Source of the DNA: Promethearchaeota archaeon
GTDB taxonomy: Archaea; Asgardarchaeota; Lokiarchaeia; Sigyniarchaeales; SOKP01
Length of the DNA: 64,000 nucleotides
NCBI GenBank assembly: GCA_019058245.1
Contig: JAHPZJ010000013.1
Span: 393,166 to 457,165, forward strand
Reading direction: 5' to 3'
The translations under genes were made by a program, and so were the position numbers. This document shows positions 1-9,395 of the stretch, piece by piece (positions within the stretch are counted from its first letter, which is position 1; each line of letters begins with the position of its first letter). The notes beneath the pieces are model-generated. The model made no database searches and was not told the DNA's origin. It saw only the letters and a program-made list of their open reading frames with translations.

Positions 1-491
1 CATTTTCATTAATTTTTAATTTTTCTCTTAAATTTTTCATTTTAAGATTTCTCGTTATTTCGTAATTAATTATGAAAGCTTATAAAAACTAGACCCATTG
101 TACTACTGTGGGTTTATAGAATAAATGAGGTTTTTCATAAATTTAATACTATTTTCTTATTATAATAAATTTTTCTTACTTTATATCAAAATAATAAATT
201 GTCATCTTAAAATCGGATATTAAAATGTTAAGATAATTTATAATTCCGAATCATTTAGAATATTTATTCCAATAGATAATTATCAGAAATGTGGAAATAA
301 TTAATCAGATATGGAGCGCTACAATGAGTACTAGGTATATTATTTAATTAATTTGAATTTAAATATTTTTAGAGAAATTAGTTAAAAATCGACCTTTATT
401 CCATTTTAAATCTTTAATATTATAAGGTTATTAAGGAAAAAATGAAAAAAAATAAATTATTAAATTTTAAATTTTATATTATTTGTTAGTT

Positions 492-2783
492 CTATAAGTA
501 TCTCTTTTTTCTCATCACTATGTAAACAATTCCTAGAAAAGCAATTAATGACGCAGATAAAACGATTCCAACTGAAAATCCTGGAATTGGTTCTGCAGCA
601 GTAGGAGTATATTTTACTAAATCAAAATGCAATACTAAAATCCAATTCCATGCAGTTTTCCAATTCTTATCTACTGCGCGTCCGGTTAAATCATTTCCTA
701 AATAGAGCATTGGATATTGATAATTCTGAGTCCAATCTGCCAATTCACTATAATACCTTTGGTTTCCAGTATCGTTTTGGAACCATAGTTTTGCAATCAA
801 ATCATCACACGTAGCATTGTAACTAAAACCCATATTAGAACCTCCTTTATACGGGAATGCATAGGGATATGAAACCATATTGTAATCTGCTATGAATCTA
901 GTATAAGGTTGATATGGGAAGGCAGCACCTGTTGGAGTTCGCTCAATAACTCCAGTGCTTTGATAATATGCTTGAAGGAATCCAAGATCACCAATACGGT
1001 TGTGATAAGGTTTAATTGCAAATCCATCACAGGATAATAAAGGAAGTTCCCCAGCTAATATTGCAGGATAAGTACCACCACTAACTGTATCGTCGGTATC
1101 ATCAATGTCACAACCAATATCCGCAAGAGAAGATATCAACACCTGATAAGATTCAACATGGGCTTGATCATAATGATCTTCAAATGTGTAAATAGGATTA
1201 GTACTTGCTACAGTGTTCCAATCCTCTGTTGTGCTAGTGCTATTCAAACTACGATTTGTACAAACTGCTCCCCAGACAGGATCATCTAGTAAGGTTTGTC
1301 GCGCTAACGTGAGGTTTGTATCAGGTAAAGGTACAGAGGGGTCATAATATTCGTGAGTACCTGCCAAACATCCCCCAGAACGCACTACCCGACCATCGTA
1401 TAATGCTAAATATGTGTCGTAATCATAGGCATAAGAAAGCGCTTTTCTAAAGGTCCGATCAACTCCATTTGTTGGCTTTAAACTTCCATTTGCGTACTTA
1501 ATATTAGTGGAGGACAAAATTCCATATGCACTCAAATTTAAGCCTATATCATACCAATAACGTAAATACGTCTCATCAACACAGTTTAAAACGATAACTT
1601 CTCCGTAATTTTCCTGACCCATATCTATATATTTCAAGTTAGAAGCGGTAGCTACATCACTATAAGTTAGTGGTTCCCATGAATGATCATAAGCAAAGTC
1701 AATATCACCTGTCACCAATGCAGTTGTCCTTGCATTATATCCTGATGTATCATGACTAAACGTAACTACTGCCACCTTTGGAAGCATATGCCACCCTCTA
1801 GCCTGTTGAGCTGAAGCGTTCCACCAATTATCATATCTTGTCATAGTACCTGAATCTAATGTGAAATTATCATACATATAGGGACCTGTACCAATTAAAT
1901 GTCCAGGGAAAGGAGATGATGCGTTATTTTGGGGAAATGCTGGAACATCTCCATATCCCATGATTGGAACATCAAAATAGTCCTTATAAGCATCCATGGA
2001 GATAAATTTTACCCACGCACCCCCTAAATATTCTGGACCGGTACCCCAATCATTAAAGTATACTCTAACTGTTCCTCCTGATTGCTGATTATCCAGTATG
2101 GTTATATTTGTGAATCGAGGGAATCTATTATAACCATATGGGACATCATATAGACTAGAATATCCAAATCCAGGATACACATTAAGATATCCATATGTAT
2201 AAGGACCAGGACCATATAGTTTAGAAACATTCCATGACGCAGTAGCATAAGGAGCCCAATCCTTAACACTCATCCAAAAAATTGGTCGATTATTAGACAC
2301 AGCGGAATCAACTGAACTACCTAGACAAAAATTGATACTTCCCAATGTATACATGAGCCTATCAAGATTCCATTTGCAAACTGTGGCGTTCCAATCTGAG
2401 CCATCCTGAAACGTAACGTTTTCTCGAAGAGTGAGATCCATATAATCAACTCCATCATAATTCATAAAACCTTGAGCGTTCATTTCATTTGGTCGGGAAT
2501 GTATTGTCCAATTGGTTGCAAGTAGTGGTACTAAATTAGCATAATCTCCGTTTTCCGCACCATATGGTAATTCAAATAATCCTTCAAGAGAATTATACCT
2601 GAAATAATCGCCAGTAGTAGCTGCAAAATTTATACCGTCCCAATTACCTATGGGGGCAGGTCCGCAAGCTCCTACAGTAAAAGTGGGTATCGTAGTTTGA
2701 GCTTTGACACTAAAAGGTATAATTGGTAATAACATAGAAATAATAAATAGAGCAAAAATTAAAGTTTTTGACCATTTTCTCAT
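492..2783 (-). CDS. ABC transporter substrate-binding protein, family 5 (OppA/DppA-like), with signal peptide and C-terminal IPGF sorting/anchor motif
   Basis: N-terminal signal peptide; LATNW, TLRENVTFQDGSDWNA and GTGPY motifs of SBP family 5; C-terminal IPGF + TM helix + RKKR tail; divergent from the oppBCDF-like genes. Confidence 0.9.
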   Translation of the reverse strand: MRKWSKTLIFALFIISMLLPIIPFSVKAQTTIPTFTVGACGPAPIGNWDGINFAATTGDYFRYNSLEGLFELPYGAENGDYANLVPLLATNWTIHSRPNEMNAQGFMNYDGVDYMDLTLRENVTFQDGSDWNATVCKWNLDRLMYTLGSINFCLGSSVDSAVSNNRPIFWMSVKDWAPYATASWNVSKLYGPGPYTYGYLNVYPGFGYSSLYDVPYGYNRFPRFTNITILDNQQSGGTVRVYFNDWGTGPEYLGGAWVKFISMDAYKDYFDVPIMGYGDVPAFPQNNASSPFPGHLIGTGPYMYDNFTLDSGTMTRYDNWWNASAQQARGWHMLPKVAVVTFSHDTSGYNARTTALVTGDIDFAYDHSWEPLTYSDVATASNLKYIDMGQENYGEVIVLNCVDETYLRYWYDIGLNLSAYGILSSTNIKYANGSLKPTNGVDRTFRKALSYAYDYDTYLALYDGRVVRSGGCLAGTHEYYDPSVPLPDTNLTLARQTLLDDPVWGAVCTNRSLNSTSTTEDWNTVASTNPIYTFEDHYDQAHVESYQVLISSLADIGCDIDDTDDTVSGGTYPAILAGELPLLSCDGFAIKPYHNRIGDLGFLQAYYQSTGVIERTPTGAAFPYQPYTRFIADYNMVSYPYAFPYKGGSNMGFSYNATCDDLIAKLWFQNDTGNQRYYSELADWTQNYQYPMLYLGNDLTGRAVDKNWKTAWNWILVLHFDLVKYTPTAAEPIPGFSVGIVLSASLIAFLGIVYIVMRKKRYL

Positions 2784-2969
2784 TCTAACGATTCGCCTTA
2801 TTTTTCTTTAAATTAATTTTTAATTTTTTTGTAAAATTTTTGTAACAAATAAATTTACGATGTAAATTTATTTAAAGGTTGTGTAATTATAAATTTAAAC
2901 ATTTGTGAAACTTATAACAAATATTAATTTTTAAGTTAAATTTAATGTCATAAAATCCGATTTTGGATA

Positions 2970-3506
2970 ATGTTGCTAGACGAGGAAAATCAAAGTAAAA
3001 GAGTTAATAACAAGAAAGGCAATATAAAGATCGATCTTGGGCGCCAAGGTGGTATTTTTATTGCTTACACGATTATATTACTAGGATATTATGGAATTGT
3101 TGCTAACATCATTATGATTGATGAGTGGATCTCTTTTACTGAACAAACTTGGATAAGTTTTACTGAAATGGACAGAACGGTATTATTTTGGACATTTGAA
3201 GTGTATGTAGATACGTTTTTCTTGCCCGTAATATTATTATTTGTTACTTGCTTTTTATTAACATATAAGGAGGAAATTCCTCACTATGGAATAAAAGCGT
3301 CAATCTGGCTTGTTCCTTTTATAATTATCGAAGCCTTTATTTTATATGCGGTCATGTATGGGTTTAGCATAGAGCCAATTATATTACAATTTGGAAATTG
3401 GAAGGGTTATTTGCATATTTGTATCTTAATTGCAACCACACTCTCTGGTGCTATAGGTGGTATGAAAGTCAAACAATTAATTAAATCAAGAAGAAATATA
3501 GAATAG
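2970..3506 (+). CDS. Hypothetical membrane protein (about 4-5 TM), first gene of the ABC operon
   Basis: 178-aa hydrophobic ORF 42 nt upstream of the permease gene. Confidence 0.75.
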   Translation: MLLDEENQSKRVNNKKGNIKIDLGRQGGIFIAYTIILLGYYGIVANIIMIDEWISFTEQTWISFTEMDRTVLFWTFEVYVDTFFLPVILLFVTCFLLTYKEEIPHYGIKASIWLVPFIIIEAFILYAVMYGFSIEPIILQFGNWKGYLHICILIATTLSGAIGGMKVKQLIKSRRNIE

Positions 3507-3548
3507 GAGAATTAAAAAGATATTATCGGTAGAAAAAAGGGAAAAAAC

Positions 3549-4826
3549 ATGGCTAAACAACCAAAAAATATGATAAAATATATCATAAAGAGGATATTAA
3601 TAATGTTTCCAATGTTGTTATTAGTTCTAACTCTTTCTTGGATAATATCATATTTTATGGTACAACAAAATTTAGTTAACCCGGTTGCCGGTAGATTGGG
3701 TAATACACTCGATCCTGATATTATTGAGGCAGAATTACGGAGAATTAGATACTATGATCCTTGGTATATTCAACTCGCTATATATTTTAAGAATTTTTTT
3801 ACTGGAAATTGGGGTACTTCTTATGTAATCATACGGGATAAACCTGTAATAGATTTAATTTCGGAAATATTTCCAAGGACAATAGAATTGATGATGATCC
3901 CGATAATCTTAAGTCCTATTATCGCAGTTAAACTGGGAATAGCTTCTGCAACTCATAGGGATAAAATAAAAGATGTAGGAGTTAGAATTATTGCAATCTT
4001 AGGGGCAGGATTCCCTGTCTTTTGGATTGCTGACATGCTCCAACGCTTTTTTGGTTATTATTTGAGTAATTTTACATATCAGGGCATCGATATACCGGCT
4101 TTTTTCGCAAATTCACCTGGATTACAAGGTCCTCAGGTAATTAAAACTCCACCTTTAATTACCATAAGTTTTTTTGGTGCTATAATTTTAGCCATTATTG
4201 CCATCCTTCTAATTTATAAACAATATACTAAATTTAAACAATATAATAAGTTCAAGCACATTGGTTGGATACTAGGATCACTTGTTATATTGATTATTTG
4301 TATAATCCGAATTTGTTTCCTAGCAGTGATTTCAAATATAAATTCTTATGGTACAGGATTTCGAATAATCGATAGTATAATGACTAATAACCAAATTTAT
4401 TTGTGGGACACAATATCACACCTAATTATACCTGGTATTTGTTTAACTTTTGTTTCATTAGCAAGTATGACAAGACAAACGCGTTCCAGCATGTTGGACG
4501 TTTTAAATCAAGATTATATTAGAACTGCTCGAGCTAAAGGTGTATTAGAAAAAGATGTTATAAATAAACATGCTATCCGCAACGCACTGTTACCAGTCAG
4601 TAATCTAATCATTGGGGGTACAGCTACAGCATTATTAGGCTCTTTTTTCGTCGAAATTGTCTTTAATTATAAAGGATTTGGTTATTATATGGTTATATCT
4701 ATATTAGTAGGAGATTACCAAGTTACTCTCGGACTCCTAGTATTTGCTACCATAATAATCATTTCTGGGACTTTAGTAGCAGATATACTTTATACGATTA
4801 TAGATCCACGAATTACTTACACTTAA
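3549..4826 (+). CDS. oppB: Oligopeptide/dipeptide ABC permease (OppB/DppB) with extra TM insertion
   Basis: YIIKRIL N-terminus, GNWGTS, QDYIRTARAKG (EAA loop), HAIRNALLP, C-terminal DPRI. Confidence 0.92.
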   Translation: MAKQPKNMIKYIIKRILIMFPMLLLVLTLSWIISYFMVQQNLVNPVAGRLGNTLDPDIIEAELRRIRYYDPWYIQLAIYFKNFFTGNWGTSYVIIRDKPVIDLISEIFPRTIELMMIPIILSPIIAVKLGIASATHRDKIKDVGVRIIAILGAGFPVFWIADMLQRFFGYYLSNFTYQGIDIPAFFANSPGLQGPQVIKTPPLITISFFGAIILAIIAILLIYKQYTKFKQYNKFKHIGWILGSLVILIICIIRICFLAVISNINSYGTGFRIIDSIMTNNQIYLWDTISHLIIPGICLTFVSLASMTRQTRSSMLDVLNQDYIRTARAKGVLEKDVINKHAIRNALLPVSNLIIGGTATALLGSFFVEIVFNYKGFGYYMVISILVGDYQVTLGLLVFATIIIISGTLVADILYTIIDPRITYT

Positions 4827-4837
4827 ATAATGGTAGG

Positions 4838-5848
4838 GTGAAGAAAATTATAGAAAAAGTTATAGAAAAAAAATATGTAGAAGAGCAGATTTCATCGAAA
4901 TCATTAAGAAAAATGAAATTTCTTCGCTTCTTAAAGTTTTATTTAATTCCCGGTTGGCGAGACCCTGAATTTTCGGCGCAAGAATATGATATTGAAAAAA
5001 TAAAATCTAAAAGGAGATTGTTTCGACACCTTGTTAAACCTCTAACAATAATAGGACTGCTGATGATCTTATTTATTTCAGTATTAGCAATATTTGCACC
5101 TTGGCTTACCATATATCCACTACAAGAGCTAGTAGTACCAAATGTTCCACCTAATCCAGAGGTTTTTGCTCCTCCATCAGCTGATCATCCATTTGGGACA
5201 ACATATAACGGATATGATGTTTTAGCTAGAATTATTTGGGGAGCCAGAACTACAATTTTATCGTCGTTAATACCTTCAATAATATCCATTGGTGGAGGCC
5301 TTGTTTTAGGCATTTTTTCTGCTTATTTCGGTGGGGTTATTGACTATCTCATAATGCGCTTTGTAGACTTATTCTATGCTTTTCCAACACTGATACTTAT
5401 TATTATAGTTACTCCTCTGCTTGGTACTGATTTATTAACCACTCTTATTATTTACGGACTTCTTTTTATACCATATAATATTAGATTCATGCGATCACTT
5501 GTTTTCCAAGTAAAACAACTTGAATACATTCAAGCAGCGAAAGTAGGTGGTGCCCAAAAGTTTAATGTTATGTTTAAACATATATTACCAAATGCAATAT
5601 CCCCTATGTTAGTACTTTTTTTTGGAGGAGCTGCTATCGCAATAATAGGTTTAGCAGGTCTTGCATTTGTAGGATTTTCAGATAATACTGTAGCCAGTTG
5701 GGGTCTTGATATTTTATGGGCTCGAGGTAGGTATAGTAATATCAGTGCTGCTGTTTGGCCAGGATTATTTATTGGAATTGCTGCCATAGGATATATACTC
5801 GTTGGAGATGGATTTCGAGATGCATTAGATCCACGATTAAAATTATAA
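4838..5848 (+). CDS. oppC: Oligopeptide/dipeptide ABC permease (OppC/DppC)
   Basis: PPSADHPFGT, GYDVLARIIWGAR, EYIQAAKVGGA, HILPN, GDGFRDALDPR. Confidence 0.93.
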   Translation: MKKIIEKVIEKKYVEEQISSKSLRKMKFLRFLKFYLIPGWRDPEFSAQEYDIEKIKSKRRLFRHLVKPLTIIGLLMILFISVLAIFAPWLTIYPLQELVVPNVPPNPEVFAPPSADHPFGTTYNGYDVLARIIWGARTTILSSLIPSIISIGGGLVLGIFSAYFGGVIDYLIMRFVDLFYAFPTLILIIIVTPLLGTDLLTTLIIYGLLFIPYNIRFMRSLVFQVKQLEYIQAAKVGGAQKFNVMFKHILPNAISPMLVLFFGGAAIAIIGLAGLAFVGFSDNTVASWGLDILWARGRYSNISAAVWPGLFIGIAAIGYILVGDGFRDALDPRLKL

Positions 5849-5888
5849 AAAAGAGGGATAAAAAGTTTTAAATACTATATATCAAACT

Positions 5889-7766
5889 GTGTTTGGATTA
5901 AATTACGGAAATGCATTAGTTGACTCAATTATTATTGTATTAGTTTTATATTTAATTTCAAACATTGTCAATAGTCAAATTCCTGAGGATCAGCAACTCT
6001 CAAAGAAATTATTTAGGAGAAGTTCAGGAAAAATTTGTATTATTTTATTAGGCATTATCTTTGGCGTTAAATCTCTTTTTGAAACTTTATGGCTTTTCAA
6101 TTCCATATTTTTAGTTTTCAATAATAATGCTGTATCATTCGCTATTATAAGTACAATCTTTTATTTTCTATATAGGAAATTAGAAGAAAAGGATAGTCAA
6201 TTTATTAAAATATTTAAAATTTTTGTTGTAATAACTTGGATAATTGCGATAATTTTTATTTCAATTCCTCTCTTAGGTCTTGAAAGACTTCAAGGGGAAG
6301 AACCAGTACTTATTGACATTTTTTACCTTGGATTTATATTTGCCGGTTTTACAGTTGCGGGGGATATTCTTATCACAATTCTAATTAATAATATTCGTTC
6401 AATTGAGAAGCGAATTCCTAAATTACCTTTAAAGTATTCCATGTTTACTGGTGGACTTATCTCATTTGGAATTTGGTCTATACAATTAATAATCGTTGAA
6501 TTATATTTGAATAGATTATTTGGAGTAATAATATATACTCAAGATATTCGTATATTAATTGGTGTAGTTAGTGGTCTTTATGGTTTCATATGCTATATTT
6601 CGTTGAAAAAGAAATTTATGCCAATTGAAAAGGAAAAAAGTAAGTTAAAAGTTCAAAAAGCATTAGAAATAGTGAAAGATCAATCTTTTAAAGTATCTAA
6701 ATTAAGTAGCAATCACATTATACTTGATGTGAAGGACCTCACTACATACTTTTATACAGAAGAGGGTGTTGTTCGTGCAGTAGAAAATGTTTCTTTTAGA
6801 GTGTACGAAGGTGAAGTTCTTGGTCTTGTAGGTGAAACTGGTTGTGGTAAATCTGTTACTGCATTATCTATTGTTCAACTAATTCGCCCTCCAGGAAAAA
6901 GAGAAACAGGAAAAATTGTTTTCAGTGGAGAAGATCTAGCTTTAAAGTCTGAATTTGAAATACTAAAATATCGTGGAAAGGATATAACTATGATATTTCA
7001 AGATCCACTTAGTTCGCTTAACCCAGTTTTTAAGGTAGGTAAACAAATATCTGAAGTATTTTTATTGCATATGGAAAATGAACTACTTGTCGAAACTACT
7101 AAATTTCCTAATAAAGGTTTATATAGTATTGCTCGAGAATGGAGTATTGCCCTTTTAAAAGATTTAAATATACCATTTCCTGAAATAATTTTTGATAGAT
7201 ACCCTCATGAACTAAGTGGTGGTATGCGACAAAGAGTTCAAATTGCGATGGCATTGGCATGTAGACCTAAATTACTAATTGCTGATGAACCAACTACTGC
7301 GTTAGATGTTACTATACAAAATCAAATTCTTAAACTTATGAAAGAACTTCGTAAGAAATATAATACTAGTATATTATATATCACTCACGATTTAGGCCTT
7401 ATCTCTAAAATGTGTGATCGTGTTGCTGTAATGTATAGTGGATCTATTGTTGAATATGGAGATATAAAGAAATTATTAATTAACCCATATCATCCATATA
7501 CCCGAGGACTTATAGCTTCTGTTCCTGTTATTGGAAAAAGTCAAAAACGGCTTGAAGTGATATCAGGAATGGTTCCAAATCTAATTTATCCACCTTCAGG
7601 ATGTAGATTTCATCCTAGATGCAAATATTGTTTCGAACCTTGTAATTCAATAGTTCCAAAACAAAATAAGGTTGATGAGGATTATTTTGTGGCATGTCAT
7701 CTATACAATCCAGAATATAAACATTTAGCAGAAATTGTTATAGAAAAAGTAGAAGGAGAAATTTAA
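5889..7766 (+). CDS. oppD: OppD/DppD-type ABC ATPase fused to an N-terminal multi-pass membrane domain
   Basis: GETGCGKS Walker A, LSGGM, IADEPTTALD, C-terminal GCRFHPRC; first ~240 aa strongly hydrophobic; exact start uncertain (GTG). Confidence 0.9.
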   Translation: MFGLNYGNALVDSIIIVLVLYLISNIVNSQIPEDQQLSKKLFRRSSGKICIILLGIIFGVKSLFETLWLFNSIFLVFNNNAVSFAIISTIFYFLYRKLEEKDSQFIKIFKIFVVITWIIAIIFISIPLLGLERLQGEEPVLIDIFYLGFIFAGFTVAGDILITILINNIRSIEKRIPKLPLKYSMFTGGLISFGIWSIQLIIVELYLNRLFGVIIYTQDIRILIGVVSGLYGFICYISLKKKFMPIEKEKSKLKVQKALEIVKDQSFKVSKLSSNHIILDVKDLTTYFYTEEGVVRAVENVSFRVYEGEVLGLVGETGCGKSVTALSIVQLIRPPGKRETGKIVFSGEDLALKSEFEILKYRGKDITMIFQDPLSSLNPVFKVGKQISEVFLLHMENELLVETTKFPNKGLYSIAREWSIALLKDLNIPFPEIIFDRYPHELSGGMRQRVQIAMALACRPKLLIADEPTTALDVTIQNQILKLMKELRKKYNTSILYITHDLGLISKMCDRVAVMYSGSIVEYGDIKKLLINPYHPYTRGLIASVPVIGKSQKRLEVISGMVPNLIYPPSGCRFHPRCKYCFEPCNSIVPKQNKVDEDYFVACHLYNPEYKHLAEIVIEKVEGEI

Positions 7767-7863
7767 TTAAAACTATTTAAGTAAATGAAATTTGAGGTTG
7801 TATCATTATCTTGGCATTCTTAATAAAAATTAGCGAATATAAATATAAAGTTGAGGAGATCTT

Positions 7864-9219
7864 ATGATTTTTCAATTTATTAGATTTTCAACCATTTTAA
7901 GATTAGCGTTAGTTATACCCATTGTAGCTCTTTTTTGTTTAGCTTTTGTTATTTCTTTTTTTATCATAAATTGGGATCCTCGATCCCAATTAATTAGAAG
8001 AAGATTCCCTCTATATATAATTTCATCACTTATTTGTATTATTTTTAGCTTTATTCCTCTACCAGAAATTATAGTAGGTAACTTTTGGTTATTTTTTATT
8101 GCATACTGTTTAATAGCAGTGATTACTAGTTTTGCTATTAAGTATATTACATTTAAAGTAGTTAGGGTCGAAAAATTTTATCAAATTAGTGATCTTGAAA
8201 GAAATAAGAATCTGCTTGAAGTTAAAAATCTTAAAGTACATTATCCACTTATAGGAGGATTTTTAAAAAGAAAAATAGGTGCTGTTAAAGCAGTTGATGG
8301 AGTTTCATTTGATATAAAGTTTGGTGAAACCCTTGGATTAGTGGGAGAAAGTGGATGTGGAAAAACAACTATTGCAAAAGTGTTACTCGGTTTAGTTGAA
8401 AAAACAGAAGGAGAAATGCTTTTCCAAGATATGGCAATTCCTCCCAATTATTCATGTTATTTAAGACAAAAAATTCAAATGATTTTCCAAGATCCAGATG
8501 CTTCCTTAAACCCTCGTAAAAAAATCGTTGATATTATAGCGGATCCTCTCAAAAATTTGCTTGGCATAACTAATGAAATAGAAATAAGAAGAAGGGTTTT
8601 AGATTTGTTAACCCAAGTGTCATTAAAGCGAGAACATATGGATCGTTATCCTCACGAATTTTCAGGTGGACAAAAGCAAAGAATTGTTATAGCTAGAGCG
8701 TTAGCTTGCAATCCAGCGTTGATAATATTGGATGAACCCACTTCTGCACTTGATGTATCAGTTCAAGCACAAATTCTTAACCTTCTTAAAGATTTACAAG
8801 AAAAATATGGCTATGGATTTTTGTTTATTACCCACAATTTAGCTGTTGTCTCCCATGTTGCTGATCGCGTAGCTGTTATGTATCTTGGTAAATTTGTAGA
8901 GGTTGGAAGTAAGGAACAAATTTTTTCAAATCCAACTCATCCCTATACTCGAGCGCTCCTTGCCTCACGTTCTGAAATAGATCCTTACAATCAAGAAATC
9001 AAATTTGTTATAAAAGGTGAAGTCCCAAGCCCTATAGCACCGCCACCTGGTTGTACTTATAATCCACGCTGTTCTTCTGAGTTTCGTACAAAAGAGTGTG
9101 AAATTGAATTGCCTCATAAGATTAAGATTGAAGATGACCACTTTATTTGGTGTGTAAATCCTCCTAAATCAATGCAATCAACAATTCAAAAATCTGAAGA
9201 GAGTTTATCTGCTAAATAG
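7864..9219 (+). CDS. oppF: OppF/DppF-type ABC ATPase fused to an N-terminal 3-TM segment
   Basis: GESGCGKT, FSGGQ, LDEPTSALDVSVQAQ, GCTYNPRC; GAGGAG SD upstream; hydrophobic N-terminal ~95 aa. Confidence 0.9.
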   Translation: MIFQFIRFSTILRLALVIPIVALFCLAFVISFFIINWDPRSQLIRRRFPLYIISSLICIIFSFIPLPEIIVGNFWLFFIAYCLIAVITSFAIKYITFKVVRVEKFYQISDLERNKNLLEVKNLKVHYPLIGGFLKRKIGAVKAVDGVSFDIKFGETLGLVGESGCGKTTIAKVLLGLVEKTEGEMLFQDMAIPPNYSCYLRQKIQMIFQDPDASLNPRKKIVDIIADPLKNLLGITNEIEIRRRVLDLLTQVSLKREHMDRYPHEFSGGQKQRIVIARALACNPALIILDEPTSALDVSVQAQILNLLKDLQEKYGYGFLFITHNLAVVSHVADRVAVMYLGKFVEVGSKEQIFSNPTHPYTRALLASRSEIDPYNQEIKFVIKGEVPSPIAPPPGCTYNPRCSSEFRTKECEIELPHKIKIEDDHFIWCVNPPKSMQSTIQKSEESLSAK

Positions 9220-9395
9220 TTTTTTATATTTTTGAACTTATTTTAATTCTATAACTTAGAATCTATGAAGAATCATAGATAAGATGAGAGAAGTAATATT
9301 TTTTCATCCTTATAAATAGATTATTCAATAAATAATATGTCATACCAGAATATTCAAGCAAAAGTTTTAAATATACGATGATGATTTAATAACGT

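Noticed and set aside
1-490. Possible minus-strand gene start at positions 1-9 and a weak hairpin near 90-117
   Set aside because: Too little sequence to support a gene; the hairpin is short and could be chance.
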